DNA of 64,000 nt from Planctomycetota bacterium. GTDB lineage: Bacteria > Planctomycetota > UBA8108 > SXIK01. This document shows positions 37,971 through 47,703 of this stretch, piece after piece. The notes under the pieces are model-generated. The model was not told the DNA's origin, searched no databases, and saw nothing but the letters and a program-made list of their open reading frames with translations. The translations under genes were made by a program, and so were the position numbers. The stretch spans positions 3,488,001 to 3,552,000 of the forward strand of contig CBDCXR010000004.1 in assembly GCA_965223845.1 (NCBI GenBank), written 5' to 3'. Each line of letters starts with the position of its first letter. Within the stretch, counting starts at the first letter, position 1.

Positions 37971-38864
37971 TCAGCGCGAGGCCCGGGTGAACCGAGCGCG
38001 CCGGGTCTTCTGATCGAACGTCGACACGAGTTCGCGGAGCACCCCTCCACCGAGGATCACCGGCGGCCCCATTCCGACCATCGTCTCGAGATCCTCGAAC
38101 TCGACCGACCCCAGCTCCACCTTCTCGCGCAGCGTTCCCACGATGACCTCCCGCGGCCCGGAGTGCGTCAGCACGGTCCTTGCGCCACCGGAATTGGGCG
38201 CGAAGTCGAGATCGAGCTCGCCGGGAATCGATCGCGCGAGATAGAGGAATCCGTCGAAGCCGCTGTCGATGAGGATGAGTGCGCGTCTCCCCGCGACGCG
38301 CCCGAACACCTCCGGACTCTCATGCACTTGATCGCCTTCGACCAGCTCGACGACACCGGATGAGTCCGCGCGCGGTAGACTCCCCCGCTCGAGAACGATT
38401 CTTCGCCCGGGACCATCGAGCGTGAGAAGGACATCGGCGAACACGGGAAACCCGAGAACGCCATCGATTCCGGGAGTCTTTTCCGCGACCACCGCCGGGA
38501 TCCCGGTGAATCGAGCTCCGCCGATCGTCATCTCCGGGATCGTCGTCGTCCCGACGCGATGGTCTCCAGCGGCGCCCGCCGCATCGATTCGCAAATCCGC
38601 CACGGACACATCGAGCTCCAACTCGCGGGCGACTCCCGCTGAGATAAACGTCGATTCGGCACCCGTATCGAGAAGGAATCGGTAAGGACCGCTCGCGCCG
38701 AACTCCACGGAGACGAACGGTAGGTTTCCTTCCCACGAGACGTCCACCGCGAGCCGATCCGAGGCGAAGCGAGTGGAGCGGGGCGCGGCGTTCGGATTCC
38801 ACGCGCAGCCGACCGCCGCAAAACTCACGGCGACGGCGAGAAAGACGTTTCGAGAAATCATCAT
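37971..38864 (-). CDS. Lipoprotein with two retropepsin-like aspartic protease domains
   Basis: MMISRNVFLAVAVSFAAVGC lipobox; FLLDTGA...DGVLG and ILIDSGF...VILG. Start trimmed from the ORF-track 39269. Confidence 0.88.
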   Translation of the reverse strand: MMISRNVFLAVAVSFAAVGCAWNPNAAPRSTRFASDRLAVDVSWEGNLPFVSVEFGASGPYRFLLDTGAESTFISAGVARELELDVSVADLRIDAAGAAGDHRVGTTTIPEMTIGGARFTGIPAVVAEKTPGIDGVLGFPVFADVLLTLDGPGRRIVLERGSLPRADSSGVVELVEGDQVHESPEVFGRVAGRRALILIDSGFDGFLYLARSIPGELDLDFAPNSGGARTVLTHSGPREVIVGTLREKVELGSVEFEDLETMVGMGPPVILGGGVLRELVSTFDQKTRRARFTRASR

Positions 38865-39484
38865 CGCAAACCTCACGCAAGCGCTGCCGTCGGAGGTGCT
38901 GCACAGCCGCAGGAGCAACAACGTCCAAGGCTCGCGATCCGTTCCCGATGAGATCGATGAGCCGCCGGTGCGCCGCTCCCGAGACAGGCGGCCCAGTCGG
39001 CTTCCCCTCTCCCCGACCCAGCGGGCGCCGTGATCAGCGCGGGCCAGCGGAGCGCGCCGGCCCGACCGTACAACGCGAAGAGTATATCGCGCTCGCGAGA
39101 AAACCCACCGAGCCGGCGATCGCCGGTCGCGCAGGCGATCGAATGGGAACACTCGAGCGGCGCGGCACTGCGAACACGCGATCGGAGAACAAGCAGTGGT
39201 TCGGCGGCGACCGTCCGCCGTCCGCGCGCTTCTTTCCCCCATCGATCGTTTCCTGATGTGACGTCGCATGCCGGCGGTGCCTCGGATCCCAGGGCGCGTG
39301 ATCTACTCCGGCTCCGGGTCGCGGTGCCATCTCGGGCTTCGATCGAAGGTGGAGAACGGGCTCGGCGACGCCCGCGTCTCTCGGTCTGACCGACCGCGCC
39401 TCGGTTGACGCAGCCGGGAGACCGTGCGACAAGTGCCTCGGTCCGTCCTCGCCGTTTTCGTTAGGCTTCGATCGTCGCCCTCCC

Positions 39485-40666
39485 GTGACCGACATCCTCA
39501 GCGCAGTTCTCATCGCGATCGCGTGCAGTTGGATCCTGTGCGCGATCCTCACGCTTTTAGGCGCGCGGTCGCTCCGGCCGTTTCGGCGGACGAGCTCCCC
39601 GCCGGAGCCGAGCGATGGCTGGCCGCTCGTTTCGATCGTCGTCCCGTGCCGGAACGAGATCGCCGGGGTGAACGACTCGATCGACTCACTGCTAGCGCAG
39701 AACTATCCCGCGCTCGAGATCATCGCGGTCGACGACCGGAGCGACGACGGCACCGGGGAGGTGCTCGATGCGCTCGCCGCGCGTGACGCGCGGCTCCGTG
39801 TCCTCCATCTCACCGAGCTTCCCGACGGCTGGCTCGGAAAACCGCACGCGCTTCACGCCGGCAGCCTCGAAGCCCGCGGCGAATGGATCCTCTTTTCCGA
39901 CGGGGACGTCGTTCACGACCCCGAACTACTCCGCCACGCGATCGCTCACACCGCGGAACGTCGCCTCGACTATCTTACGCTCCTCCCTCACAACGAGACG
40001 GCGAGCATCTTCGTCCAGGGTGCGATGGTGTTTGCGTACATATCGATCATCATCCTCTTCGGGCTCTGGACGCGGTGGCGGAAGGAGCAGGGTTGGATCA
40101 CCGGCGGGACAGGAGCGTTCATCGTGATGCGAACGGCGACCTACCGCTCACTCGGCGGACACGAATCCCTGCGGCTCGCAGTCGTCGACGACATGGCGCT
40201 CGGCGTCCTCGCGTCCCGGCGCGGCGTACGCTGCGAGATTCGCTCCGGCCTCGATTGGTGCCGCGTCCCCTGGGCGACGACGTTTCGTGAGTTCCTCGCG
40301 GTCACGCGCAAGAACGCGTTCGCCACCGTCGGCTACTTTTGGCCGGCGCTCATCGGGCTCACGCTACTCCAGACCGTTCTCTCGACCGTCGCCCCACTCG
40401 CGATCCTCTTCGTCCCGGGACTTTGGCCGTGGGCAGCCTCGCTCTGGGCGAGTCTCGCACTATCGTTTTTCCTCGTCGCACCACTCGCCGGCGCACCGCG
40501 ATGGATATTCGTCTTTCACCCGTTCACGTCGCTCACGCTCCAGATCGCCGGATGGTTGTCCGCGATCGAAACGACGCGCCGCGGTGGGATCGAATGGCGC
40601 GATCGGTTCTATCCGCTGCGCGATCTTCGCGCGGGAGGGAGACTGCGTGCGCGAGACGCGAGCTGA
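39485..40666 (+). CDS. GT2 glycosyltransferase (HpnB/CrtQ-like, membrane)
   Basis: VSIVVPCRNE, VDDRSDDGT, LPDGWLGKPHAL, FSDGD, VVDDMAL; N- and C-terminal TMs. Confidence 0.92.
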   Translation: MTDILSAVLIAIACSWILCAILTLLGARSLRPFRRTSSPPEPSDGWPLVSIVVPCRNEIAGVNDSIDSLLAQNYPALEIIAVDDRSDDGTGEVLDALAARDARLRVLHLTELPDGWLGKPHALHAGSLEARGEWILFSDGDVVHDPELLRHAIAHTAERRLDYLTLLPHNETASIFVQGAMVFAYISIIILFGLWTRWRKEQGWITGGTGAFIVMRTATYRSLGGHESLRLAVVDDMALGVLASRRGVRCEIRSGLDWCRVPWATTFREFLAVTRKNAFATVGYFWPALIGLTLLQTVLSTVAPLAILFVPGLWPWAASLWASLALSFFLVAPLAGAPRWIFVFHPFTSLTLQIAGWLSAIETTRRGGIEWRDRFYPLRDLRAGGRLRARDAS

Positions 40667-40728
40667 ATCGGGAGCATTCGTCCAAGTTGGCGAGTGATGA
40701 TTCCGAGAATCACCGTCGACGCGATCGC

Positions 40729-41391
40729 TCAGATCGCGGCGCGCCGGCGGTACGCCGCGCCGGTAAGGATCGCGAGCGCGATGAGCGCGAGCGCGAGCGT
40801 CGCCGGTTCGGGAGTCGCGACGAGCCCGGAGACGAATCCCTCGCTGAAGCCGCCTTCGAAGCCCTGCACGTGGAGACCGACGCGGAGCTGCCCGAAGTAC
40901 ATCGAGTCCAAGACGTCGTCGAAGGTCGAACCCGGCGCGATGTGAAAGAGGATCCCGACTGATTCACCGGTTTCATTCACGCCGTTCTGCGATCCCGGCT
41001 GGGTCGCGGTGGCGTGGAAGTCGGACGTGAACCCGATGTCGACGGCGCCGGGAACGTCCGACGGACTGCCACCGGGTGCGAACTCGACGCCGGGGTCGGA
41101 GTTGTCGATCGCGGCGAGACTGCCGAGCGTCCCTTCGCTGTCGTCGAAGTAGATGTTCCGAATGAAGCTCGCGTGAGGCCCATCGTTCCGGAGCGTGAAG
41201 AGGACCTGCCCGCCGCCCGCGTCGATCACCTCGACGGAGAGCTGGGCCTCCCCCGCCGCGATCGAAGCGAGGGAAGGATCGTTCGCGGTGATGCCGATGA
41301 ATCCGAAGACGTCGGCTCTGACGGCGGCACTCGTGGGAACGAGCGCCAGCGCGGCGACGAGAGCGCCTCGCGCGAGAACTTGGAACACCAT
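40729..41391 (-). CDS. PEP-CTERM sorting-domain protein
   Basis: Signal peptide; C-terminus TPEPATLALALIALAILTGAAYRRR. Confidence 0.92.
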   Translation of the reverse strand: MVFQVLARGALVAALALVPTSAAVRADVFGFIGITANDPSLASIAAGEAQLSVEVIDAGGGQVLFTLRNDGPHASFIRNIYFDDSEGTLGSLAAIDNSDPGVEFAPGGSPSDVPGAVDIGFTSDFHATATQPGSQNGVNETGESVGILFHIAPGSTFDDVLDSMYFGQLRVGLHVQGFEGGFSEGFVSGLVATPEPATLALALIALAILTGAAYRRRAAI

Positions 41392-41712
41392 GTCGTCTCT
41401 CCAACGCGGAATCTCGAAACGTCTGCACGAGGAGACGATTCAAGCGGCGTGCCAATCCCCGCGCCGGCGGCGGTCGCCGGCCGGCGTCGAGTGAGATCGC
41501 CGAATCTATGCCCCATGGAGGTCGGCGAGCGATCAGCGGGCGTTCGGAGCATCCAGAAGCTGGACTCACCTCGACCGTCGGGACACGCGTGCGGCGCGCA
41601 CGCGCCCGAACTGGCGAGCTCGACCCAGTTTTTGAACCGGCGCAGACCGCGCACGGGTATAGTGTCGAGCCGCGGTCGCCCGAGCGGACGGTGCGCCGCG
41701 CGAGAGTTCGCC

Positions 41713-42744
41713 ATGCCTCGAATCGACCACAACACTCTTTTGCGCTTCGGCTCTGCCGTTCTCGAAGCCGTCGGAACGCAACCGCCGACGGCGCGAATCG
41801 TCGCACAGCATCTCGTCGACTCGAATTTGGCTGGCCACGATTCTCACGGCGTCATGCGCCTCCCGCAGTACTGCGAGCACGCGCGCGACGGGAAGGTCGA
41901 TCCCACGGCTGAACCCGTGGTCGTCAGTGAACGCGGATCGACCGCGCTCGTCGACGGGCGCTCGGCCTGGGGACCGGTCGCCGCGGGATTTGCCACGAAC
42001 GTCGCGATCGAAAAGGCGAAGGTGAACGGCGTGGCCGCCGTTGCCGTGCGCGGCGCTCATCATGTCGGCCGCGTGGGAGTTTATCCCGCACGCGCCGCGG
42101 CGGAGGGTCTCGTCGGCATCGCCTTCTGTAACGTTCGCGGAGTCGCTCGGGTCGCCCCCTGGGGAAGCGTCGATCGGCTACTCACGACGAATCCGATCGC
42201 GATCGCCGTCCCGTCGAAGCACGGAACGATCATCACCGATTTCGCGACGAGCGCGGTCGCCGAAGGCAAGGTTCGACTCGCGAAGACCGCCGGCAAACGA
42301 GTCCCCCACGGCTGGGTCATCGACGCCGACGGCAAGTTCTCGGACGACCCGAACGTCGCGTACGAAGATGGTGCGATCGCCCCACTCGGCGGCGATCAAG
42401 GACACAAGGGTTACGCGCTTTGCGTTGCGATCGATCTCCTCGGCGGAGTTCTTCCCGCTGCGGGTTGCGCCCTGCTCGCGGAGGGATACGGGAACGGGCT
42501 CCTCCTCAACGTCGTCGACCCCGCGGCCTTCGGGGACCGCGCCGAGTTCGACGAGCGTGTCGACGCCTACCGCGCGTACTTGAAACGTGCGCAGACGTCG
42601 CCCGAGGTCGAGGAAGTGCTTCTTCCCGGAGACGTCGAACGCGCCAGGGAGCGCGACCGACGCGCTCGCGGCATCGAGATCGCTCCCGAGGTCTGGAACG
42701 AACTGAGATCGCTCGGGCGCGAGCTGAACGTCGAGCTCGCGTAA
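41713..42744 (+). CDS. Ldh_2 (type 2 malate/L-lactate dehydrogenase-like) oxidoreductase
   Basis: DSNLAGHDSHGVMRL, HHVGRVG, TNPIAIA, DFATS, GHKGYAL. Start at ATG 41713. Confidence 0.93.
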   Translation: MPRIDHNTLLRFGSAVLEAVGTQPPTARIVAQHLVDSNLAGHDSHGVMRLPQYCEHARDGKVDPTAEPVVVSERGSTALVDGRSAWGPVAAGFATNVAIEKAKVNGVAAVAVRGAHHVGRVGVYPARAAAEGLVGIAFCNVRGVARVAPWGSVDRLLTTNPIAIAVPSKHGTIITDFATSAVAEGKVRLAKTAGKRVPHGWVIDADGKFSDDPNVAYEDGAIAPLGGDQGHKGYALCVAIDLLGGVLPAAGCALLAEGYGNGLLLNVVDPAAFGDRAEFDERVDAYRAYLKRAQTSPEVEEVLLPGDVERARERDRRARGIEIAPEVWNELRSLGRELNVELA

Positions 42745-42875
42745 CGCCGGAGGTCGCAAACGCCGAGGGGATCTCTTATCCTGGTGCGCTCGGGACGCGG
42801 GAGCACGCACGAAGTGCGCGCCGGTCGGCGACGCACGGGCGCCGCGCGTTTCGTTGCTAGTTCGGGAGAACAACG

Positions 42876-43754
42876 ATGAATGCGAAAACCAAAGTGATCG
42901 CGATCCTTCTCGCCGCGGCGAGTCTCGCGGCGGGCGGCACGGCGGCGGCGCTTCAGTCCGGAAGCAAGGTTCGCGTCGAACACGTCGCCGGGAACGTCCA
43001 CATGCTCGTCGGGCAGGGAGGGAACATCGGCATCAGCGCGGGCGAGGACGGAAAGCTGATCGTCGATACTCAGTTCCAACGTTTGGCCGCCGACATCGAG
43101 TCCGCGGTTGCGGGACTCGGCGAAGCCCCGCTTCGATTCGTCGTCAACACGCACTGGCACGGCGACCACACGGGCGGGAACCCGGTCTTCGGAAAGAAAG
43201 CCACGATCGTCGCGCACGAAAATGTCCGAAAGCGTCTCGCGAGCGGAGGCGGGCGAGGCGGCCCGCAGCCGGCCGAGGCCCTTCCCGTCGTCACGTACGC
43301 CGACGGGCTCAGCCTCCACTTGAACGGCGAAGAGATCCGCATCTTCCATCTCCCGAGCGGCCACACCGACGGCGACAGCGTCGTTCACTTTACCGAATCG
43401 AGCGTCGTCCATATGGGCGATCTCTTTTTCGCCGGTCGCTTTCCGTTCGTTGATCTCGGCAGCGGCGGCGATGTCGAGGGCTACCTGAAGAACGTCCGGT
43501 CGATCCGCGCGAAGCTACCCGAAGGCGTGAAGATCATCCCGGGACACGGCCCGCTCTCGACAACGAAGGAGCTCGACGCGTTCATCACGACACTCGACGA
43601 AACGATTTCAATCGTACGCAAGGGGATCGATGCCGATCGCTCGCTCGACGAGCTCAAGAAGGCCGGACTCCCGGCGAAATTCGACGCCTGGGGTTCCGGT
43701 TTCATCAAGACCGAGCGCTGGATCGAGACCATCCATCGGAGCCTGACTCGTTGA
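42876..43754 (+). CDS. Secreted MBL-fold metallo-hydrolase (cyclase-like)
   Basis: Signal peptide; NTHWHGDHTGGN, GHTDGD, HMGDL, IPGHG. Confidence 0.93.
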   Translation: MNAKTKVIAILLAAASLAAGGTAAALQSGSKVRVEHVAGNVHMLVGQGGNIGISAGEDGKLIVDTQFQRLAADIESAVAGLGEAPLRFVVNTHWHGDHTGGNPVFGKKATIVAHENVRKRLASGGGRGGPQPAEALPVVTYADGLSLHLNGEEIRIFHLPSGHTDGDSVVHFTESSVVHMGDLFFAGRFPFVDLGSGGDVEGYLKNVRSIRAKLPEGVKIIPGHGPLSTTKELDAFITTLDETISIVRKGIDADRSLDELKKAGLPAKFDAWGSGFIKTERWIETIHRSLTR

Positions 43755-43782
43755 GTTGCCGTCCCGTGCTGAAGCGATCGAC

Positions 43783-44877
43783 GTGAACCTCCCGACGGAA
43801 ATCCCGGACGACGACGAAGCCCTCCGTCGGTTGAGCGAGATGAGTGACGCCGACCTCGAAGCGCTGATGGGCGGCGGAGTCGCGGCGAACGAAGGCGACA
43901 TCGACGTCGCCCAGATCGAGCCCGGAACGCGACTTCAGGGAACCGTGCTCGAGGCGCGCGGTGACGAGCTCCTCGTCGAGCTCGACGGGAAGAGCCTCGG
44001 CGTCGTCGACCTCTCGGAGTTCGACGCGGGCGAAGTTCCTTCATCCGGCGACGAGCTCCACGCCGAGCTCGTCCGATACGACGCAGAGAAGGAAATCGCC
44101 ATTCTTTCGACGAGTGAAGTCCGAACGGAAGTCGCGTGGGAAGAACTTCGTGTCGGGACGCTCGTCGCCGGTCGCGTCACCGACAAGAACCGTGGTGGGC
44201 TCACGCTCGACATCAAAGGGATCCGCGCATTCCTCCCGATCTCGCAGATCGAGCTCTCCCGCGTCGAAGACCTCGACCCCTACGTCGGGCAGACGCTTCA
44301 ATGCCGCGTGACTCAAGTCGACCGCGCGGATCAGAATCTCGTCGTCAGCCGGCGTGAGCTCCTCGAAGAAGAAGCCGCCGCGGCGCGAGAAGAGGCGCTC
44401 GCGAAGCTCGACGTCGGCGCCGTCGTGACCGGCACCGTCGTTCGAATCAACGATCACGGCGCGTTCATCGATCTCGGCGGCGTCGACGGACTCCTCCACG
44501 CGAGCAAGATCCGCGCAGCGATTCAGGAAGACGAGGACGGTGAGCGCGTCCACGTCGGGAAGCGCATCGCAGTCGAGGTTCGCACGATCGACCGTTCTCG
44601 GGCGCGTATCGGACTCGATTTTCACCACGTCGAGGGCGACTCGTGGGACCGCGTGCTCGCGAACTTTGCGGTCGGCGACCTCGTCGTCGGGTGGCTCTCC
44701 GAGCGCAGCGCAGCCGGCGCGCGCATCAAGATCGACGACGGCCTCGAGGCTGCGATCCCACCGGAAGAGCTGGGCCACCTCGAACCGGACGCGTCGGTCG
44801 GAGCCATCGTCCGCGCCACCATCATCGCCCTCGACGCCGGTGCGCGAGAAGTGCGCGTCCGCCCGGTAGCGACGTGA
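43783..44877 (+). CDS. Short ribosomal protein S1-like protein with four S1 domains
   Basis: GRVTDKNRGGLTLDIKGIRAFLPISQI, NLVVSRR, GAFIDLGGVDGLLH. Start uncertain (TTG 43756 or GTG 43783). Confidence 0.88.
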   Translation: MNLPTEIPDDDEALRRLSEMSDADLEALMGGGVAANEGDIDVAQIEPGTRLQGTVLEARGDELLVELDGKSLGVVDLSEFDAGEVPSSGDELHAELVRYDAEKEIAILSTSEVRTEVAWEELRVGTLVAGRVTDKNRGGLTLDIKGIRAFLPISQIELSRVEDLDPYVGQTLQCRVTQVDRADQNLVVSRRELLEEEAAAAREEALAKLDVGAVVTGTVVRINDHGAFIDLGGVDGLLHASKIRAAIQEDEDGERVHVGKRIAVEVRTIDRSRARIGLDFHHVEGDSWDRVLANFAVGDLVVGWLSERSAAGARIKIDDGLEAAIPPEELGHLEPDASVGAIVRATIIALDAGAREVRVRPVAT

Positions 44878-44970
44878 ATCGGTCAGGTCTGCTCGCGCGA
44901 AGCCGCGGTCAGGTCGATCCTTGAGGCGGGCTGGCCATCGCCCGATCCATTCGAAAAAGACGTACCGAAC

Positions 44971-46314
44971 GTGAACGAATCCAAACGCCGAAGCCCGATG
45001 GGCGTCATCTTTCTCACCCTCTTCCTCGACCTCGTCGGATTCTCGATCATCTTCCCGCTCTTTCCGTCGATGCTCGAGTATTACCTCGACAGCGGGGACG
45101 GCACGAACGCCCTGCTCGGCCCACTCCTCGAGGCGCTCCACTCGCTCTCCGGGACGGCGCCCGTCGACGGCCTGCCGCATCCCCAAGTCGTCGCACTGTT
45201 CGGCGGCATTCTCGGCTCCCTCTACTCGCTCCTTCAGTTCATCTCCGCTCCGTTCTGGGGAAGCCTCTCCGACCGCATCGGTCGCCGACCCGTGCTGATC
45301 GTGACGATCACCGGGATCGCGATCAGCTACGTTCTCTGGTTCTTCAGCGGCAGCTTCGAAGTTCTCGTCGCCGCTCGAGTTGTCGGAGGGCTCATGAGCG
45401 GAAACATCGGCGCCGCGACCGCTGCGATCGCCGACTCGACGACGGCCGAAAACCGCGCGAAGGGAATGGGAATGGTCGGGGCGGCGTTCGGCCTCGGCTT
45501 CATCGCCGGCCCCGCGATCGGAGGGGCGCTGAGCTTGGTCGACCTGAGCGCAGCGTCTCCGTCTCTCGCGGCGTTCGGTGCGAATCCGTTCTCCGCGGCT
45601 GCCGGCGGGGCTCTTCTTTTGAGCGTCCTCAACTGGATCTGGGTCTACCGCCGCTTCGACGAGACTCTTCCGCCCGAGAAGCGAGGCGAGGAAACCTCCG
45701 CGGAGCGTTCGTCGAATCCGCTCCGGCTCTTCCGTCCCGTAGACCTTCCGGGGACGAACCTGACGAGTCTCATCAACTTCTTCTTCATCTTCTCGTTCAG
45801 TGGAATGGAGTTCTCGCTCACGTTCCTCGCCGCCGACCGGTTCGACTACGGCGCCGGCAAGAATGCGCTCCTCCTCAGCTTCGCGGGACTCACGATGGCC
45901 TTCGTCCAGGGTGGGCTGATCCGGCGGCTCGCACCGAAGCACGGCGAAGTTCGGCTCGCGCGCGTCGGGCTCGCGACGATCCTCCCGGGACTCGTCCTCA
46001 TCGCGTTCGCGACGAGCGAGTTCATGCTCTACGTCGCGGTCTTTCTCCTCGCCGTAGGCGCTGCGATCGTCATTCCCTGCCTGCGCGCGCTCGTTTCCCT
46101 CTACACGCCCGCCGAGCGGCAGGGTGAGGTGCTCGGGATCTTCAACTCGCTCGGCGCCCTCGCGCGCGTCGGCGGACCGATCGCCGCGGCCGTGGCGTAC
46201 TGGACGTTCACCGCGACGTTCGCGTACGTCGGAGGAGCCGCGATTCTCCTGATTCCGCTCGCGCTCACCGTGAAGCTGATCGTCCCGCGGAAGGACGCGC
46301 CCACAACCGGTTAG
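44971..46314 (+). CDS. MFS transporter (TetA/DHA1-like)
   Basis: FLDLVGFSIIFP, motif A GSLSDRIGRRP, GAAFGLGFIAGPAIGG. Confidence 0.93.
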   Translation: MNESKRRSPMGVIFLTLFLDLVGFSIIFPLFPSMLEYYLDSGDGTNALLGPLLEALHSLSGTAPVDGLPHPQVVALFGGILGSLYSLLQFISAPFWGSLSDRIGRRPVLIVTITGIAISYVLWFFSGSFEVLVAARVVGGLMSGNIGAATAAIADSTTAENRAKGMGMVGAAFGLGFIAGPAIGGALSLVDLSAASPSLAAFGANPFSAAAGGALLLSVLNWIWVYRRFDETLPPEKRGEETSAERSSNPLRLFRPVDLPGTNLTSLINFFFIFSFSGMEFSLTFLAADRFDYGAGKNALLLSFAGLTMAFVQGGLIRRLAPKHGEVRLARVGLATILPGLVLIAFATSEFMLYVAVFLLAVGAAIVIPCLRALVSLYTPAERQGEVLGIFNSLGALARVGGPIAAAVAYWTFTATFAYVGGAAILLIPLALTVKLIVPRKDAPTTG

Positions 46315-46413
46315 CGGAGCCGGCGCGCGGAACGAGGACCCGCAGAGAACTGCAGAGCGCGCATCGGAAGCGTCGAGCTCCCGAGCGCGCCCGAGCCGCT
46401 CCGAGGTCGCCGG

Positions 46414-47001
46414 TCAATTGCGATCGGGATGGGGCGGCATGAGCGAAAAGAGACGGTACGGCCCCCCCACCTCGCCGATTGCGGCCGACCACAGTCGATC
46501 CGCCGGCGTCCCGAAGACGAGCTCCGACCTCGCGGGGATCGTCAACCACCCACCGACCTCCATCTCGCCTTCGAGTTGTCCCGCGCCCCATCCGGAGTAA
46601 CCGCAGAACAGTCGAACGCGATCGCTCACGATCGCGCTGTTCTCCACTCCCCGCCGTAGGAGCTGCTGGAGGATCGGGAGCTCGCTCGCGATGTGGACTC
46701 CCGGGACGACCTCGATGCTGCCCTCGGCGAGATCGTCGAACGAATGAACGAGGATCACCGAGTTCCCCTGAACGGGCCCACCGACGAAGGAGCGCTGGGC
46801 CTCCATTTCGTCGGACGTCGAGAGCTCCTCTCCGGGAATCGAGTCGAGGATCTGCCCCACGCGAAGCTCGCCGGGGCGATTGAGCACGACCCCGAACGCC
46901 CCCTCGTCATTGTGCTCGGCGATCAGAACGACGGTCCGAGTAAAGTTCGGGTCGGAGAGCTGCGGGGACGCGATGAGAAGGTGACCCTTGAGAGAGTCCA
47001 T
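46414..47001 (-). CDS. YqgE/AlgH (UPF0301) family protein
   Basis: LLIASPQLSDPNFTRTVVL, GVVLNRP, GGPV, GYSGWGAGQLEGE. Start ATG 47001. Confidence 0.94.
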   Translation of the reverse strand: MDSLKGHLLIASPQLSDPNFTRTVVLIAEHNDEGAFGVVLNRPGELRVGQILDSIPGEELSTSDEMEAQRSFVGGPVQGNSVILVHSFDDLAEGSIEVVPGVHIASELPILQQLLRRGVENSAIVSDRVRLFCGYSGWGAGQLEGEMEVGGWLTIPARSELVFGTPADRLWSAAIGEVGGPYRLFSLMPPHPDRN

Positions 47002-47147
47002 ACGGTGCAGGATTCGAAACCTCGGAATTCGACGAGGCGCGCGGGTATCGCCGGCGGATCCGCGCCTCCTTCGGAAGAATACCGCGGGCTCGAACGAGAC
47101 GAAAGGGATTCCGCCGCGACGACGGGGAGCGCGGTCGAGCCGCGGAC

Positions 47148-47645
47148 TTAGAACGGCCGCCGGCCGTCCTGCGTGTCGTGGCGCGTCCGCCGGATTCTCC
47201 AGCGTCCGTCGATCTTCGCGAGCTCGCACTCGACGTCGATCGTCCACGCCGGCTCGTAGGAACCGGCGCGAAGCCGCAAAAAGCGGACGGCGACGCTCGG
47301 GATCTTCGCCGCGTCGCCGTCGGATTCAACGGTGACGGGAAACTCCTTCGGATCGATCTCGATTCGGTAGCGTAGCTGTCCCGTCTCGGCGTGCTTCTCT
47401 TTGAGAAATAGGTACGCGAGCGCGCGGCCGAGAAGTTCGCGATCGATCTTCGACGTCTCATCGACGAAGTCCTCCGCGAACCCCTCGAGGCAGCCCGAGC
47501 GGCTCCCATCGTTGAACGCAGCGGCGCATTCTTCGACGAGCATCCGGATCCGCGTCGCGTCGTCCGCGAGCCAATACGGGAGCCAGCTCGCCGCGAGAAA
47601 CGCGGCGAGGGCCACCACCGCAGCGATGATTACGCGGCGATTCAC
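47148..47645 (-). CDS. Membrane-anchored hypothetical protein, possibly NTF2/SnoaL-like
   Basis: N-terminal TM; CAAAFNDG...FAEDF; C-terminal LAKIDGRWRI. Confidence 0.65.
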   Translation of the reverse strand: MNRRVIIAAVVALAAFLAASWLPYWLADDATRIRMLVEECAAAFNDGSRSGCLEGFAEDFVDETSKIDRELLGRALAYLFLKEKHAETGQLRYRIEIDPKEFPVTVESDGDAAKIPSVAVRFLRLRAGSYEPAWTIDVECELAKIDGRWRIRRTRHDTQDGRRPF

Positions 47646-47703
47646 CGGCCCGACTCGGCCGAGCTACGCATTCCGATCGCGACGCTCGCGCTCGTCGCCG
47701 AGA

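Noticed and set aside
41632-41663. TTGAAC...TATAGT promoter for the Ldh_2 gene
   Set aside because: The spacer is 20 nt, too long; only the -10 is plausible.
44971-46314. Acquired tetracycline resistance gene (and, similarly, a beta-lactamase at 42876-43754)
   Set aside because: Only family-level motifs, host-like composition and no mobile context; specificity cannot be inferred.
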